Origin: Bacteroidota bacterium
GTDB lineage: Bacteria > Bacteroidota > Ignavibacteria > Palsa-1295
NCBI GenBank assembly: GCA_021324685.1
Contig: JAJPIQ010000032.1
Span: 2,878-66,877, forward strand
Length of the DNA: 64,000 bases
Reading direction: 5' to 3'
Below, piece after piece: positions 31,901-41,538 of this stretch. How positions within the stretch are numbered: position 1 is the stretch's first letter; each line of letters begins with the position of its first letter. The translations under genes were made by a program, and so were the position numbers. The notes below the pieces were generated by a model that saw only the letters and a program-made list of their open reading frames with translations, searched no databases and was not told the origin of the DNA.

Positions 31901-34487
31901 TTCCTTCGGCCGCTCGAATGTCGAGCGCCGTCGTTTGCGCGCCTTCGGACATCGTTTGCGGCGCGAGCTTACGCTGCCACCAATCGATCGCGCGACCGAC
32001 AACGGACTTATCTAACGCGTCTTTCGCGAAGGCTTTCCTTTCGCTGGGATTCATTTCCCGAATGTCCTTCAGCCCCGGCCCTGGCTGCGGGCCGTACTTA
32101 GCGTCGTCGAACTCGGAGAAATCCGGACGCTCCGCCGGTGCGGTCTTCGGCAGCGCTTTGTAAATTGGCTGCTCGGGTGCAGTGGGGGGCGCGCTGCGGT
32201 CAGCAAAAACGCGAGTAGGGGACTCCGTCTGTGGGGCCGTTACTTCTTCCGGAGCACCCGCGTCGGGTGCCGACGCTTGGAACGTTTCGCGTGGTCCTCC
32301 GCTATTGCTATCGCCTGGCGGAGCGCCGCTTCCTTGTTCGGCGGTTTCGACGTCCCGATCATTCCCGTCTGTTCGTACGACGTCATTATCTCCTTGATGT
32401 TCTTGGACTTCGTCTCGGGGTCCGATCCCGGAAGTATTGGCATTATCGTCAGTGGGTTGTGTAGTGGAGGTTCCGCGACGCGCCTCGACGCCCGCGATAA
32501 TATCCGCGGGCGTTTGCTCGATGTATCCTTCCGGACGCGCGACGTGTTTTTGATGAATAAAATATCCGTCGTTTTTGGCGAAGGCATAAGGATCGATCGC
32601 GCGAGCCTCCGAGAGGGAACCCAAGTCTCGCGCAATAACGCCATTGGTGACGCTGCCTTTATTTGGCCCGTTTTCTATGGAATGGGAAACGAGCGGTTCG
32701 TCCGTGACGTAGCGGCCGGGTGAATAGGGCTCATGTGGACTCGCGGTCTGCGGCTCGGTCTGTACCTGATCCGGAGACACGTCTTCGCCCCCCGATTCGA
32801 CGGCACCGACAGACTCACTTAAATCCCGCGGGAGACTTAGCGCTTCGAATGGGAGCAGGCTTGCCGCGCCCACGAGGCGGTCTTCGTCGCTTGCGGTGTG
32901 GCCCTCCACTGCGGCACCCGTCTGAGTCGAAACATCGCCCAGGGCTATTGCCGCGCCGACACGGCCGAGTTTCGACATGAGCGGTAAGTTGCTCGCTACG
33001 GGAACTCGCGCCGCCGCGGCGGCCTCCGCGATACTCTGCCCGACTTCGCCCCCAGCCTCGCTAACGGGTCCGAATGCGTCGCCCGTGATCTTCGCGATCG
33101 CCACGTGGGCGAGCGACTTTACAAGGTTGCCGGGCGTTGCCTCTTTTTCCCCCGAGGCATAATCCGTTGCCTCGCCAAGCGCTTCAGCGCCCGCCATTGA
33201 AGTTCCCATACTAAGCCCGAGCGCATTGCCGGTCTCTACGGCGGCAACCGTCTTCATCGATCCTGCGCCGATGTCGGCCAACGTATTCAGCACGCGACTC
33301 GAGGACTGGAGCTTCGGGCCGAGGTCTTTAAATTCACCGTACGCCCGATCGAATGTCTCGTTCGGAACGCCGGCTTTCGACGCAGCCTCGCCCACCTCCA
33401 TAAATGGTTCCGCGATCTCATGCCCCATCCGCAATGCCGCAAGTTGGACATCCGCCGGCAGGCCGAGTACGCGCGTCGCGCCGAGCTCTTTTAATCGCTC
33501 TTCGTCCTCGCTGATCCCGGGTTGGGGAATCCGAAGCTCGCTTTCGGCCTGCGCGGGCGGGGTGACTGGCGTAATGCCGTATTGCTGCTGATCCGCGAGT
33601 AACTGATCGCGGAGTCCGAACTGCTTCTGATAGTCCGCTTCGGCTTGCTGCGCTTCGATTGCTTGGTTCGCGCGCGCGAGCGCACCAGCCTGCGACTGCT
33701 CCGCGAGGCCGGACTGAACCTGGGCGGCATACCCAAGGTCGGGAGGGGCTACTGGAGGTGTGGCTGGAGTAGTGGTCGCATCCTGCTGACCTGGAAACGG
33801 GGCTGGGGTCGATGGGAACCCAACGGGAGCCGTTGCGCCGCCATCCTGCGGTGGCGCATCCTGCTCCACCGAGTCGCTAACTCCCGAGGGGGCGGCCTTC
33901 CCGAATCGCTTGAGGACTTCGGCCGCGTATTCGTTCGGGGACTCGCCAACGACCTTCCCGTTGTGCATCGCTGGAGCGTCTAAGTGTCCGCCATTACGGC
34001 CGATGTGGTCGAGTGCGGTCTGGCGCAGGGCCTCGTTCAAATCTCCATCGGACTCTTCCAAATGCTGCGAAAGACGGTCTTTCGTACGCGCGAGCATAAG
34101 CTGGTCCTGAAGCGCCGGGTTAGAGAGGAATTCTGCCGGCGTGACCTCTCTGCCGAAATACTTAATACTATCGTCGCGAAGGGTTCCCGGCATAAACTGA
34201 TACCGCCCCATTGCTCCGATCGGATTGACCGTCGTGTACGTCGACGGGTCGTCGTTGTCGCGGTGTTCCCATTCGCCGATCGCCGTGCTCAATTTCAGCG
34301 CGACTTCATCGAGCGTCGACGCGGGCGGAGGGGCCGTCTTCTGCCCGGCATCCGGCTTCGGCGCGGGCGTATTCGTTCCGTCCGGGCTGGGCGCGGCAGT
34401 AGGATCGCCGCCACCGTCCGCAAGGGAGGTGCGCGAAAACATATCGGTAAGCTGCGCGGTGATCTCGCTGATCGGGGTCTGAAGCAT
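28920..34487 (-). CDS. Large polyvalent/ejection protein (lysozyme-like domain, HExxH zincin-like motif)
   Basis: 1855 aa; GAMGRYQFMPGT near N-terminus; VHEVGH...EEQMAN; located after tail genes. Confidence 0.8.
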   Translation of the reverse strand: MLQTPISEITAQLTDMFSRTSLADGGGDPTAAPSPDGTNTPAPKPDAGQKTAPPPASTLDEVALKLSTAIGEWEHRDNDDPSTYTTVNPIGAMGRYQFMPGTLRDDSIKYFGREVTPAEFLSNPALQDQLMLARTKDRLSQHLEESDGDLNEALRQTALDHIGRNGGHLDAPAMHNGKVVGESPNEYAAEVLKRFGKAAPSGVSDSVEQDAPPQDGGATAPVGFPSTPAPFPGQQDATTTPATPPVAPPDLGYAAQVQSGLAEQSQAGALARANQAIEAQQAEADYQKQFGLRDQLLADQQQYGITPVTPPAQAESELRIPQPGISEDEERLKELGATRVLGLPADVQLAALRMGHEIAEPFMEVGEAASKAGVPNETFDRAYGEFKDLGPKLQSSSRVLNTLADIGAGSMKTVAAVETGNALGLSMGTSMAGAEALGEATDYASGEKEATPGNLVKSLAHVAIAKITGDAFGPVSEAGGEVGQSIAEAAAAARVPVASNLPLMSKLGRVGAAIALGDVSTQTGAAVEGHTASDEDRLVGAASLLPFEALSLPRDLSESVGAVESGGEDVSPDQVQTEPQTASPHEPYSPGRYVTDEPLVSHSIENGPNKGSVTNGVIARDLGSLSEARAIDPYAFAKNDGYFIHQKHVARPEGYIEQTPADIIAGVEARRGTSTTQPTDDNANTSGIGPRDEVQEHQGDNDVVRTDGNDRDVETAEQGSGAPPGDSNSGGPRETFQASAPDAGAPEEVTAPQTESPTRVFADRSAPPTAPEQPIYKALPKTAPAERPDFSEFDDAKYGPQPGPGLKDIREMNPSERKAFAKDALDKSVVGRAIDWWQRKLAPQTMSEGAQTTALDIRAAEGRRMQQAKITDEAIKDAHQYMSNMTRSQAAEFMYDADYGLPHADPKLQQARTLFDNLFTAARDRLHAVSPEALKTFYENYFPHVWKDPVKAKAYYSDPARMQRLLKGDKSFMKQRYYADMYEGLKAGLEPASWNPADMVRTKLASINRFIAGEEISNSLADRAGTRVFIPNRQGVTVPEGYTLDKSDPNFTVYGRVQHTVTEAIDQNLHDQLDAFTKTLEPDIQMGREVNLKKTGARTGVVGGYVRTLGERGNRMSSVIKTLFGSGDGVKVHEVGHVMDNKFDLYNKVVGGDPLLRHEAEELALQRVKSTGGHASDKYLAYLQSPEEQMANLAHAYVMAPDLLNEVAPHLADKFDKVLQSVPELNAFRYIKPGVEIGFHTQDARDPTRIVRGWYAIRDGEYQVLKNYLSPGLAGKSIAFDALRAYNNTASMAKLSLSAFHGFETAYNSVINDLGRAMVLGFKGRFDESAQALKDSFNLKKKFREGQQFLKAYAAPGSEGEYLDTVVNRAVLGGFQGGKDPYYDSRMRQKFREAIGNNAPGLANTLGATAKALGKGELLKPGVAAKGLMAALEQAAAPIMDYWVPAMKAAAVKQLVLDDLADADHPVTSEADIKKMTAKAVDHVDNIFGQVIYSNLFWDRAVKDKLLQTFLATGWNFGTARAFTGSLVDAARTAHNLWEGNNPELTQRTAYMLALTMTHAFTAALITGLLAHHAPKDVKDLILPSSGDVDDLGDERRLSIKDYFTDLYSTYKDPKGTIIGKLAPVFSTVATLLTNKGHYGDNVVNPDDPFWRQWVDRGLYVASDFIPFTATAIRNELEEGTHNKLAVTAGAFIGIKPARRELYQTDAEAVQQRYTQARYTEGGRTQETAEHSSHKSELLRLLRNGEAGQAAALRDRYIKEGKITPSDWKTITKESKESGFTHDFKSDSPDQALRVFEAASPAEREVLLPTLRDKIRRLSDENTDPKMLKEYRDRFQRLAAGVPSRGATRVLVPTP
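32240..32443 (-). CDS. Small basic phage protein overprinted in another frame of the 1855-aa gene
   Basis: 67 aa MPILPGSDPETKSKNIKEIM...GMIGTSKP...RQAIAIA resembles small phage proteins of the MPLKKG..ISxNI..KQAVAIA type (from memory). Confidence 0.55.
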   Translation of the reverse strand: MPILPGSDPETKSKNIKEIMTSYEQTGMIGTSKPPNKEAALRQAIAIAEDHAKRSKRRHPTRVLRKK

Positions 34488-35962
34488 TAAGGATAAAGCG
34501 GATGGAACATGGACGGCGCTGGGATATTATAAGCGGAATCGTAACTGGTCGTGACGAATCCGGAACTCCAACTGGTCGCGCTGGTATCGGAGTCGGTGAG
34601 ATACAGATAGGCTACGCTACCGGAGCCGACAAACGCGGCCGCCGTAGGCGAAACGGGGTGCGCGACGTGAAGCGAATTTCGGAAGAAGACGGCCGCGCCT
34701 CCGGGGTACGACGGGTTCGTAAGGAGCGGATCGGTGGGCGCCTCCGCTACTTCTTTCGCGTGCGTGATACAGCCATCGAACATCACGATCCCGAATTGGC
34801 GGCCAGTGAAGCTACCGCCTCCGTCAAGATAATCGTGCCCGTACACCGTCGCATACGGATTGTTCCCGAGCGGGCCATATTGCGCTCCGCCACGATGCGC
34901 GACCATCCAGCCCTCGCATAAGAGCTGTCCGTAAATATAGCAGTCGTCGAGGATGACCCCGTTATCGAGTTGCCCGGTTCCCGTGCTACCGGCGCTCGTG
35001 GAGCGAAAGACGCCGTCGCTCGAAGTCATCGTCAGGAGGTACGGTCCGCCCCCCGGCCGCGCAGAAGCGCGGATCGCCCAACCCGTACCGTCGACGGGCG
35101 TATCGGGGTAACTATATCCGGACTGCGTTACTTCCTTAACGAGGTTGACGTAGAACCGGCATCCGCGGAAGAAGGAATACCAAAGCTGGTCGTTACCAAG
35201 CTCCATCCAACACGGCGCGACATTGAGCGTCAGGGACGGATTCGTCGTCTGCACGAACACACAGTCCTCGGCATAGAGGCGGCGTTGAGAGTAAAGCCCG
35301 AGTTGCGCCCCTTCGAACCGACACTGATAAAAGCTCGGGGCCTTCATTAGCGGATCGGTTGCGAGGCTCGACACCGCCGCCATAAAGAGCGAAGGGTTGT
35401 CGTTCGGCGATTGGAACGTAATTCCTTCGACGCGGACGTCCGTGACGGAAGCTCCAATCGTGGAGTTCCCAAGGATAACCGGCTGGCCCCATCCGATGAG
35501 GTCCACCCAGTCCGACGTGAATGTCAACGTTTCATCCCACGGCGTTCCACCGCCAAGGATGATGAGAGGGCACCGGTATCCATCCGCGGCACCGATCGCC
35601 GCGGCTTTAGCATATCCATCGGCAATCGTCGTAGCGGACGTTCCGTTGTTGTACCCTGGGGCGAGCGGAGTGTCGTCGCCGACGTTGTGGTCTTTTCCTA
35701 CGATGACGTAATGAGCCCATTTATGAAAGCGATCCGGCGGCGTCGGAGGAAGACGTTGGGCGGGCGAAACGATCGTTGCTGCGGGCGCGCTTGGAGCCGC
35801 CTTTGGGGTGGGTTCTGCGGCGGCCTGAGCGGCATCGTCTTCTAATCGTCGTTTAAACTCGTCGTCAACATTCCGGTCCTGGCCCGGTTCGCTGACGCCG
35901 TAGTTTCTTTTTCGCTGGAGCGAATAATCGAAATTCGCGCCACGATGGCGAGGGTCACCCAT
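34487..35962 (-). CDS. Beta-helix (pectin-lyase-like) tailspike-type protein
   Basis: TIADG..AA, VRVEGITF, repeated xCxF strands. Confidence 0.6.
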   Translation of the reverse strand: MGDPRHRGANFDYSLQRKRNYGVSEPGQDRNVDDEFKRRLEDDAAQAAAEPTPKAAPSAPAATIVSPAQRLPPTPPDRFHKWAHYVIVGKDHNVGDDTPLAPGYNNGTSATTIADGYAKAAAIGAADGYRCPLIILGGGTPWDETLTFTSDWVDLIGWGQPVILGNSTIGASVTDVRVEGITFQSPNDNPSLFMAAVSSLATDPLMKAPSFYQCRFEGAQLGLYSQRRLYAEDCVFVQTTNPSLTLNVAPCWMELGNDQLWYSFFRGCRFYVNLVKEVTQSGYSYPDTPVDGTGWAIRASARPGGGPYLLTMTSSDGVFRSTSAGSTGTGQLDNGVILDDCYIYGQLLCEGWMVAHRGGAQYGPLGNNPYATVYGHDYLDGGGSFTGRQFGIVMFDGCITHAKEVAEAPTDPLLTNPSYPGGAAVFFRNSLHVAHPVSPTAAAFVGSGSVAYLYLTDSDTSATSWSSGFVTTSYDSAYNIPAPSMFHPLYP

Positions 35963-35965
35963 GCT

Positions 35966-38900
35966 TTAGAGCGGATGGTGGTGTTTGAGGGCAACGTCGA
36001 CGTCGATCGACTGGAGGGATATGCTGTGCGTGCCCCCGCTCGGCGTCGAGCTAATGCGAACATAAGGCGCGATACTCATACCCTCGGCCGCCGTCGTGGG
36101 AACGATGTGAACGAGCGTGTTCGGGCGGCCGGGTGTTGCGATCGTAACCGGCCAGATTGTCGCGCTATCGATGATATGACCTCGGACGGCATCGTAGGAA
36201 CCGTCCGTTTTCGCCATGCCGGTGATGAATGTCAGCGCGGCATTGGCGCTCGCCTTCACATAAAGTGTTCTGAGGAGCTTCGGCGACTGAGGGAGGGTGA
36301 GCGCGAACGGCATTTCTGCAATGGCCGACCCGGTCCATGTTGCGGGATAATCGCAGTTGATAGTCGCGATCTGTGTCGCCGTTGTATCCGCATAGCTCGC
36401 ATACAGCGTTCCATCCCCATGCGACGCGAAGAAGACCTGATCGGATCGGAACTTAGAAGGGTCGAGCCGGTTACTCGTGTTGTTTACGAGCGCAAACGAC
36501 GGCGAGAGGTCGAACTGATAGTTCTCTACCCCGAGCACTTCGCCCGAGAGATAATGTCGCCGGACCTCGCCGGTAAGGAACTTATAGATGTAAAGTGACT
36601 GTGGGAGCCCGCACGAGACCCAGTTGACGCCATCGTTCGCAGGCGTGACGTTGGTATTCCCCTGAAGCGCCTTCCACGTTACGCCGCCGCTCGATACGAG
36701 GTTCCCAGCGACATACGCGGTCGTACTGCTCCACGGCGCCACGCCGGAAGCCGACGCCCAGAGATCGACGCTGGATGGGAAATACAGCCAAAGCTCGTAC
36801 CGGTGCGCCAGCATCCCGAGCGAAGCGCGTTTCGCATTCGCATGCCGCCCCAAGCCGGGAATGTATTCATCAAGGTATTTTCGAACGGCCGTCTGTATTT
36901 GCGCCGGAAATGGAACGACGCCGGAACCTTCGGCAAAATAAAGGCCGCTGGCGGAGAGGAAGAAGACGACCTTATTCCACTTCTGAATTGCTGTCCGGCT
37001 AATCGCTCCGATCTGCCGGGTCTCCTCTTCGACGCGTGGCTTACTGGCCTGAAGGATCGTAAGCGTCGCGGAGTCTGTCGTAAAGACCCACAGCTCTCCC
37101 AGGATAACTTCCATACCCGTAATCGGAGCGAACGGGTGCGCCCTCTCGACCTGAAGCGGAGGCCACTCGGTCGGAGCGTTCGGAAGCGAATAAATGTACT
37201 GCGGCGGCTCGTAGTAATTTTTTACCGTCTTCGTCGGCCGCGGAGTAATGCCGCTCGGGTCCGAGTACGCCGGAACGCTGTCGGACGAAACGGCGATCAC
37301 CGGGTCCGTAACGGGATAGTCTCCGAGCTTAAAATACTTCCTCACGCCACCCGAGTAGCGGCTGACATAGAGCCGGAGCGTCACAATGTCCGGCGTCATG
37401 CCGCGTGGAAGCACGAAAAACATCCAGTCGGCTTCGTCGGAGTCGTGAGCGATCGCGGCGTTATTGAGCGTAATATCCGAAAGATCGGATTGATTACCCT
37501 GCCCATCGACATACGCGAAGTGGAACGAAATGGTATTGAGTCCGTCGCCCGGTCCGGTGGAGGGAGCGAAATCGGTGCTTGGCGTTAGGTGACTGCTTGG
37601 GCTGATACCATTATAGACTTTGCCGTCTAAGTACATTGCAGAGACCGCTGGGCCAGGCGTATCAACCCAGTACGTCGTCTTGGTGTTGCCCAGGACGAGT
37701 TTCGTTTGATAATCGCGAACGCGCTGCGCGGAGAATTGACCGACCTCGTACCCATCGTATTGATCGGGGGTGTTGCCAAAATCAATTCCCGTATCCGGAA
37801 TGTCGTCCGTAAAGACCTGCCCCTGCTTGAGGGAACCGATGTAGCCGTAAGTATGCGGCTCGAAGAGTGGATCGTCAGTGACGTTCTTACTATCGTCCGG
37901 CTCGCTGTGTGCGGTACGAAAGATGAGGATTTCTTCCGTCGTGCTCCAGTCGATCGGGAACGTAGTCGCATCGAACATCGTGAGCGGCGCGCCCTTGAAC
38001 TCGCTCGCGGGGCACATCAGTTTGTACGGCGTAACGTCGCCCGGGAACTTCATAACGGCGGGGTCGCCCCACCCCAGATAACGCGCCGTTGCATAGTATG
38101 GCGTTTGCGTGGCAAGCGGCGCGGACGAGGTACTCAGGCTTCGGAACTTCGCCTGAAGATCGAAGAAGTCGTCTTTCGACGGGAAGAGCGTTTGACCGGT
38201 CGTGCCCGTATGGACCGTCGTGAATGTGCCGTCGCCATTGCCGATCTGCCAAATTCCAGGCCCAGAGTTATCCGGGTCCCAGGAAGAGAGATCGGAGAGG
38301 TCGAACCAGATTTGCGGGTTCGTGTTCGGGTTCGCGATCTGGTCCGGGAATGTTAATACGCCCGAGACAAGCCGACCCGCGATCGGAGGAATATACATCC
38401 GGTCCTCAACCCACAAGTCCGCCGAGGGCTTGGAGTTCCGATATACGGTATTGCCTTTCGCATCGACGCTCGTGCGGACCGCGACGAAGCGGTATCCCCA
38501 CGCGCGGCTCTTCGTGTGGTTGTAGAAGTGCGCGCTTGCCGCATCTTCGGGGACGGCGGGGTCGCCGGCGCCTTTCACCCAGGGCGTCTGCGGCACAATA
38601 GAACTATATTCCGGACCGGTCGCGAGGAAGTAGGGCGCGTCGATTGGAACTTTTAAAACTTGGGGATCGCCCGTGATCGGGTCGGGGATGGAGCTGAATA
38701 CGTGGAGCTGCCCACCGCTCGCTCCGTGAGAATCGTAGAGGTGATCGTCGTTATTAAAGACGAGCAGATCGCCCGTTGTCTTTCCAACGAAAGAGACGGT
38801 CAATGGGACCGGCGTAAGGTCCTTGCCAAGCGTCGTGACATTCCACGTCGTTCCGCTCGTGATCGGCGTCAGAACGGACGTGGGCTCGAGACTGTACGTC

Positions 38901-39415
38901 GCAACGTCATAGACGCTGACAATGAGCGACGTATTGAGCTGGCACACGCCGACCGTCGGCGGCGTAGGTGGCGTCGTCGTCGTGTCTCCCGCGGTAATCG
39001 TAGAACTGAGCGTCGCAGTCCAGGAGGTTTCGGCGGCTTTGTCGACGATCGAAAGCGCGACTGCACCCGTGGCGCCATCCCACCACAGCAGGACGTTGTA
39101 TCGCAGGGTCTTCATCGCGCCCGACGTCACATACTCCACGACGTACTCGCACGTCGCGACGGGAACGCTTCCAGCAGGCATCGGGACGAACCCCGACTCC
39201 GGATTCCACGCCCGCGTAATATCGTACTCTTTGATGCCGGTGCGGAGCGTAAGCTCTCCCTCCGACTCAATGCGAAAATTTCGAAGGTCCGTAAACCGGC
39301 CCTTCGAAATTGTGGAGGTGTTCGAGTCTAAGTCAAGGCCAGCAAGGGACGGGATCGATTCCCTGTGATATTCCTGGCCGACCTTGAGGGTTCTTGGGTC
39401 GAGCGGTGTCGCCAT
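35966..39415 (-). CDS. Tail nozzle/muzzle-like protein
   Basis: 1149 aa, beta-rich; NFRIESEGELTLRTG; ITGMEV..LWVFT..IGAIS..VFFLSASGLY. Confidence 0.72.
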   Translation of the reverse strand: MATPLDPRTLKVGQEYHRESIPSLAGLDLDSNTSTISKGRFTDLRNFRIESEGELTLRTGIKEYDITRAWNPESGFVPMPAGSVPVATCEYVVEYVTSGAMKTLRYNVLLWWDGATGAVALSIVDKAAETSWTATLSSTITAGDTTTTPPTPPTVGVCQLNTSLIVSVYDVATYSLEPTSVLTPITSGTTWNVTTLGKDLTPVPLTVSFVGKTTGDLLVFNNDDHLYDSHGASGGQLHVFSSIPDPITGDPQVLKVPIDAPYFLATGPEYSSIVPQTPWVKGAGDPAVPEDAASAHFYNHTKSRAWGYRFVAVRTSVDAKGNTVYRNSKPSADLWVEDRMYIPPIAGRLVSGVLTFPDQIANPNTNPQIWFDLSDLSSWDPDNSGPGIWQIGNGDGTFTTVHTGTTGQTLFPSKDDFFDLQAKFRSLSTSSAPLATQTPYYATARYLGWGDPAVMKFPGDVTPYKLMCPASEFKGAPLTMFDATTFPIDWSTTEEILIFRTAHSEPDDSKNVTDDPLFEPHTYGYIGSLKQGQVFTDDIPDTGIDFGNTPDQYDGYEVGQFSAQRVRDYQTKLVLGNTKTTYWVDTPGPAVSAMYLDGKVYNGISPSSHLTPSTDFAPSTGPGDGLNTISFHFAYVDGQGNQSDLSDITLNNAAIAHDSDEADWMFFVLPRGMTPDIVTLRLYVSRYSGGVRKYFKLGDYPVTDPVIAVSSDSVPAYSDPSGITPRPTKTVKNYYEPPQYIYSLPNAPTEWPPLQVERAHPFAPITGMEVILGELWVFTTDSATLTILQASKPRVEEETRQIGAISRTAIQKWNKVVFFLSASGLYFAEGSGVVPFPAQIQTAVRKYLDEYIPGLGRHANAKRASLGMLAHRYELWLYFPSSVDLWASASGVAPWSSTTAYVAGNLVSSGGVTWKALQGNTNVTPANDGVNWVSCGLPQSLYIYKFLTGEVRRHYLSGEVLGVENYQFDLSPSFALVNNTSNRLDPSKFRSDQVFFASHGDGTLYASYADTTATQIATINCDYPATWTGSAIAEMPFALTLPQSPKLLRTLYVKASANAALTFITGMAKTDGSYDAVRGHIIDSATIWPVTIATPGRPNTLVHIVPTTAAEGMSIAPYVRISSTPSGGTHSISLQSIDVDVALKHHHPL

Positions 39416-40164
39416 TAAAACAAGCCAGCTAAATTCGGGGGCGGGAGCGTCATCTGTGTGTAGTCGGTCTGGTCGGTCTTCGCGGCGGAAATCGCAGCCT
39501 GGAACTGGGACATCGCGAGATCGTATTCATCCCGATGAACTTTGAGGCCACCCGGCGAGCCCGCGAAAATTTGAGCTTTCACGTACTCCTTAATCCCATG
39601 CGTCGCGGCGGTGAAGCAGTCTTCCGGACCGCACGACTGCATTTTGTTCGTCGGATCGGCGCCGTACCCAGCCCACTCGTCTTTGTCCGTCGGGCTGTAC
39701 GGATTTAAATACGGCGCATAGTTAATCGTCAAGTAGCCCGTCGAGAGATCGAAGGGATAGACGAGTAGCTCTTTCCGCGGCGTAACTGCGACGAAGATTT
39801 TACCTTGAAGGTAATCGTTCGACGGTGGAATAGGATCGTTTATAGAGGTGCGATTGCTCGCGGCAACACGGTGCAGGTCCTGATACGCCCGCACGAAGAC
39901 GGTCACGAAATCCGGAGTGTCGGTTGTAAGCGACCAGGTGACTTCGTTGAACTGGCGGAAGCCCGCAGGGAGGTCATAGATGCCGTTCGTATTGTTCGCG
40001 ACCAACCCGATTGTCGCCGTCCTCCAGCACGCAGAGGTTTCCTGCTGAAGGATGAACTGGGCGGTCGACATCCATTGCATCGCAATGACACTGTTCAACC
40101 ACGCCACCGGCACAACCTCTTTCGTTTCTGTTCGCGCCTGCATATAAATTTCAAACCACGTCAT
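39415..40164 (-). CDS. Head-tail adaptor/ring-like protein 5
   Basis: Helix - YDLPAGF - LLVYP..LTINY - helix layout. Confidence 0.62.
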   Translation of the reverse strand: MTWFEIYMQARTETKEVVPVAWLNSVIAMQWMSTAQFILQQETSACWRTATIGLVANNTNGIYDLPAGFRQFNEVTWSLTTDTPDFVTVFVRAYQDLHRVAASNRTSINDPIPPSNDYLQGKIFVAVTPRKELLVYPFDLSTGYLTINYAPYLNPYSPTDKDEWAGYGADPTNKMQSCGPEDCFTAATHGIKEYVKAQIFAGSPGGLKVHRDEYDLAMSQFQAAISAAKTDQTDYTQMTLPPPNLAGLF

Positions 40165-40173
40165 TTTGGAACG

Positions 40174-40851
40174 TTAGGAAGTGGTGGGAATTTCTGCGCC
40201 GTAGAGCCGGAGAGGCGTGTTGGCGTCTCGGATCGCATTAATCGCGTCGCTTAACGTCTGGAGACCTTTCGAGACATCGCTCGGGTTATCGACGAGGAGG
40301 TTGTGGCGGAGGCGCGCTAACCGGACCGCTTCCAAAATAACCGGCTGCTCGAAGGTCCACGGAATAATTGCGAAGTGTCCGTTCCCGGGGTCCGTGATTT
40401 CCGTCGTTTCGTCGTCGATGAATTGAAACGTCCAGATGTAGTGAAGCGTAACGCTCATCACCGACTGCGGCCGGAGTTTGAGCACGGTCGTGTCGATGCG
40501 GCACACCGGATTCGCGGCCGTGCCGCCCTGGAACGGATTGTTGGCGACGTTAATGTATTCGCGATGCCCAAGAATGCGCGCAGCTCCCTCTTTCGCACCG
40601 CTTACTTCGACCAGGAGGCCCTTGTAGAAGTCGGTGGGAAGATCGAAAGTCCCTTCGTTGGTCGTCTGCGAAGCCTGGGCGATGGTAACCGACTTCGTGT
40701 AAAAAGTCTGGTCGGCTCGAAGTGCGATCGGGTAATAAAATTGCAGCGCCTTATTCACCAACTGCTTTGCGGTCGGCTGGTCGAGGCTAACCGCGGTGGC
40801 CGTGTGCTTACAGCGAATAAGCACCTGGTAGATCATGTTGTCGAGAGTCAT
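40174..40851 (-). CDS. Head-tail adaptor/ring-like protein 4
   Basis: LVNKAL, FDLPTDF, LKLRP..VTLHY, IPWTFEQPVI. Confidence 0.62.
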   Translation of the reverse strand: MTLDNMIYQVLIRCKHTATAVSLDQPTAKQLVNKALQFYYPIALRADQTFYTKSVTIAQASQTTNEGTFDLPTDFYKGLLVEVSGAKEGAARILGHREYINVANNPFQGGTAANPVCRIDTTVLKLRPQSVMSVTLHYIWTFQFIDDETTEITDPGNGHFAIIPWTFEQPVILEAVRLARLRHNLLVDNPSDVSKGLQTLSDAINAIRDANTPLRLYGAEIPTTS

Positions 40852-40860
40852 GGGAGCTTT

Positions 40861-41526
40861 TTAGACGGAGCCGGACGACTCGGTGCGAGAATTCAGCATT
40901 TGGTTATCAAAGAGGCCCTCGTAGAATGCCTTGTTCTGCGTAAGGACCTCCGCGGCCTGCTGCTGCGTGAGGAGGTAAGCTTTCTCTTCGGGAAGAAGCT
41001 GCTCTAAGGTGTATTCAGCGGCAAGTTGATGGATCGCGCTCTCCGACTGATACGGCATCGTGTCGTACGTCGCGTCGGGAATTGTCGAGCCGAACATCTT
41101 CGGCTGACGCGGGTAGTAGCCCAGCGTAATCGTCAGGCCCGAGGGCAGCGTGTTAACTTTCTGGTTCTCGAAGAAAATCGAAGGCGACGTGTTGGACGCG
41201 AGACAATAGGGATTCGTCTTTCGCGTACCGATTTCTTCCGTGTCGATGTACGAGAGAGGATACTCCACCCCATTGTTGACGTACACTGCGTCGTTGGCGT
41301 AGGCCGTGAAGTCGGACGGGAGCGACGCTCCGTCGGCGATAGAAATGTACTTTCTAAAATCCGATTCGTTAGCGATGACGTAGGTCCTCCAGACGTAGTC
41401 GCGAGCGTACTCTACGTTCGCGTCAATCAGGGCGTCGTCGTATTGAATGTCCTGCGCGAAGGCCATGAGGAGGGTCTTAACTTTCGCGCGACGCTGACCC
41501 TTGTTATAAAGGCTTTGAGCTGGCAT
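40861..41526 (-). CDS. Head-tail adaptor/ring-like protein 3
   Basis: LPSDF, TLP..ITLGYYPRQP, MPYQSESAIHQLA. Confidence 0.62.
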   Translation of the reverse strand: MPAQSLYNKGQRRAKVKTLLMAFAQDIQYDDALIDANVEYARDYVWRTYVIANESDFRKYISIADGASLPSDFTAYANDAVYVNNGVEYPLSYIDTEEIGTRKTNPYCLASNTSPSIFFENQKVNTLPSGLTITLGYYPRQPKMFGSTIPDATYDTMPYQSESAIHQLAAEYTLEQLLPEEKAYLLTQQQAAEVLTQNKAFYEGLFDNQMLNSRTESSGSV

Positions 41527-41538
41527 AGGGCAAGGGAA

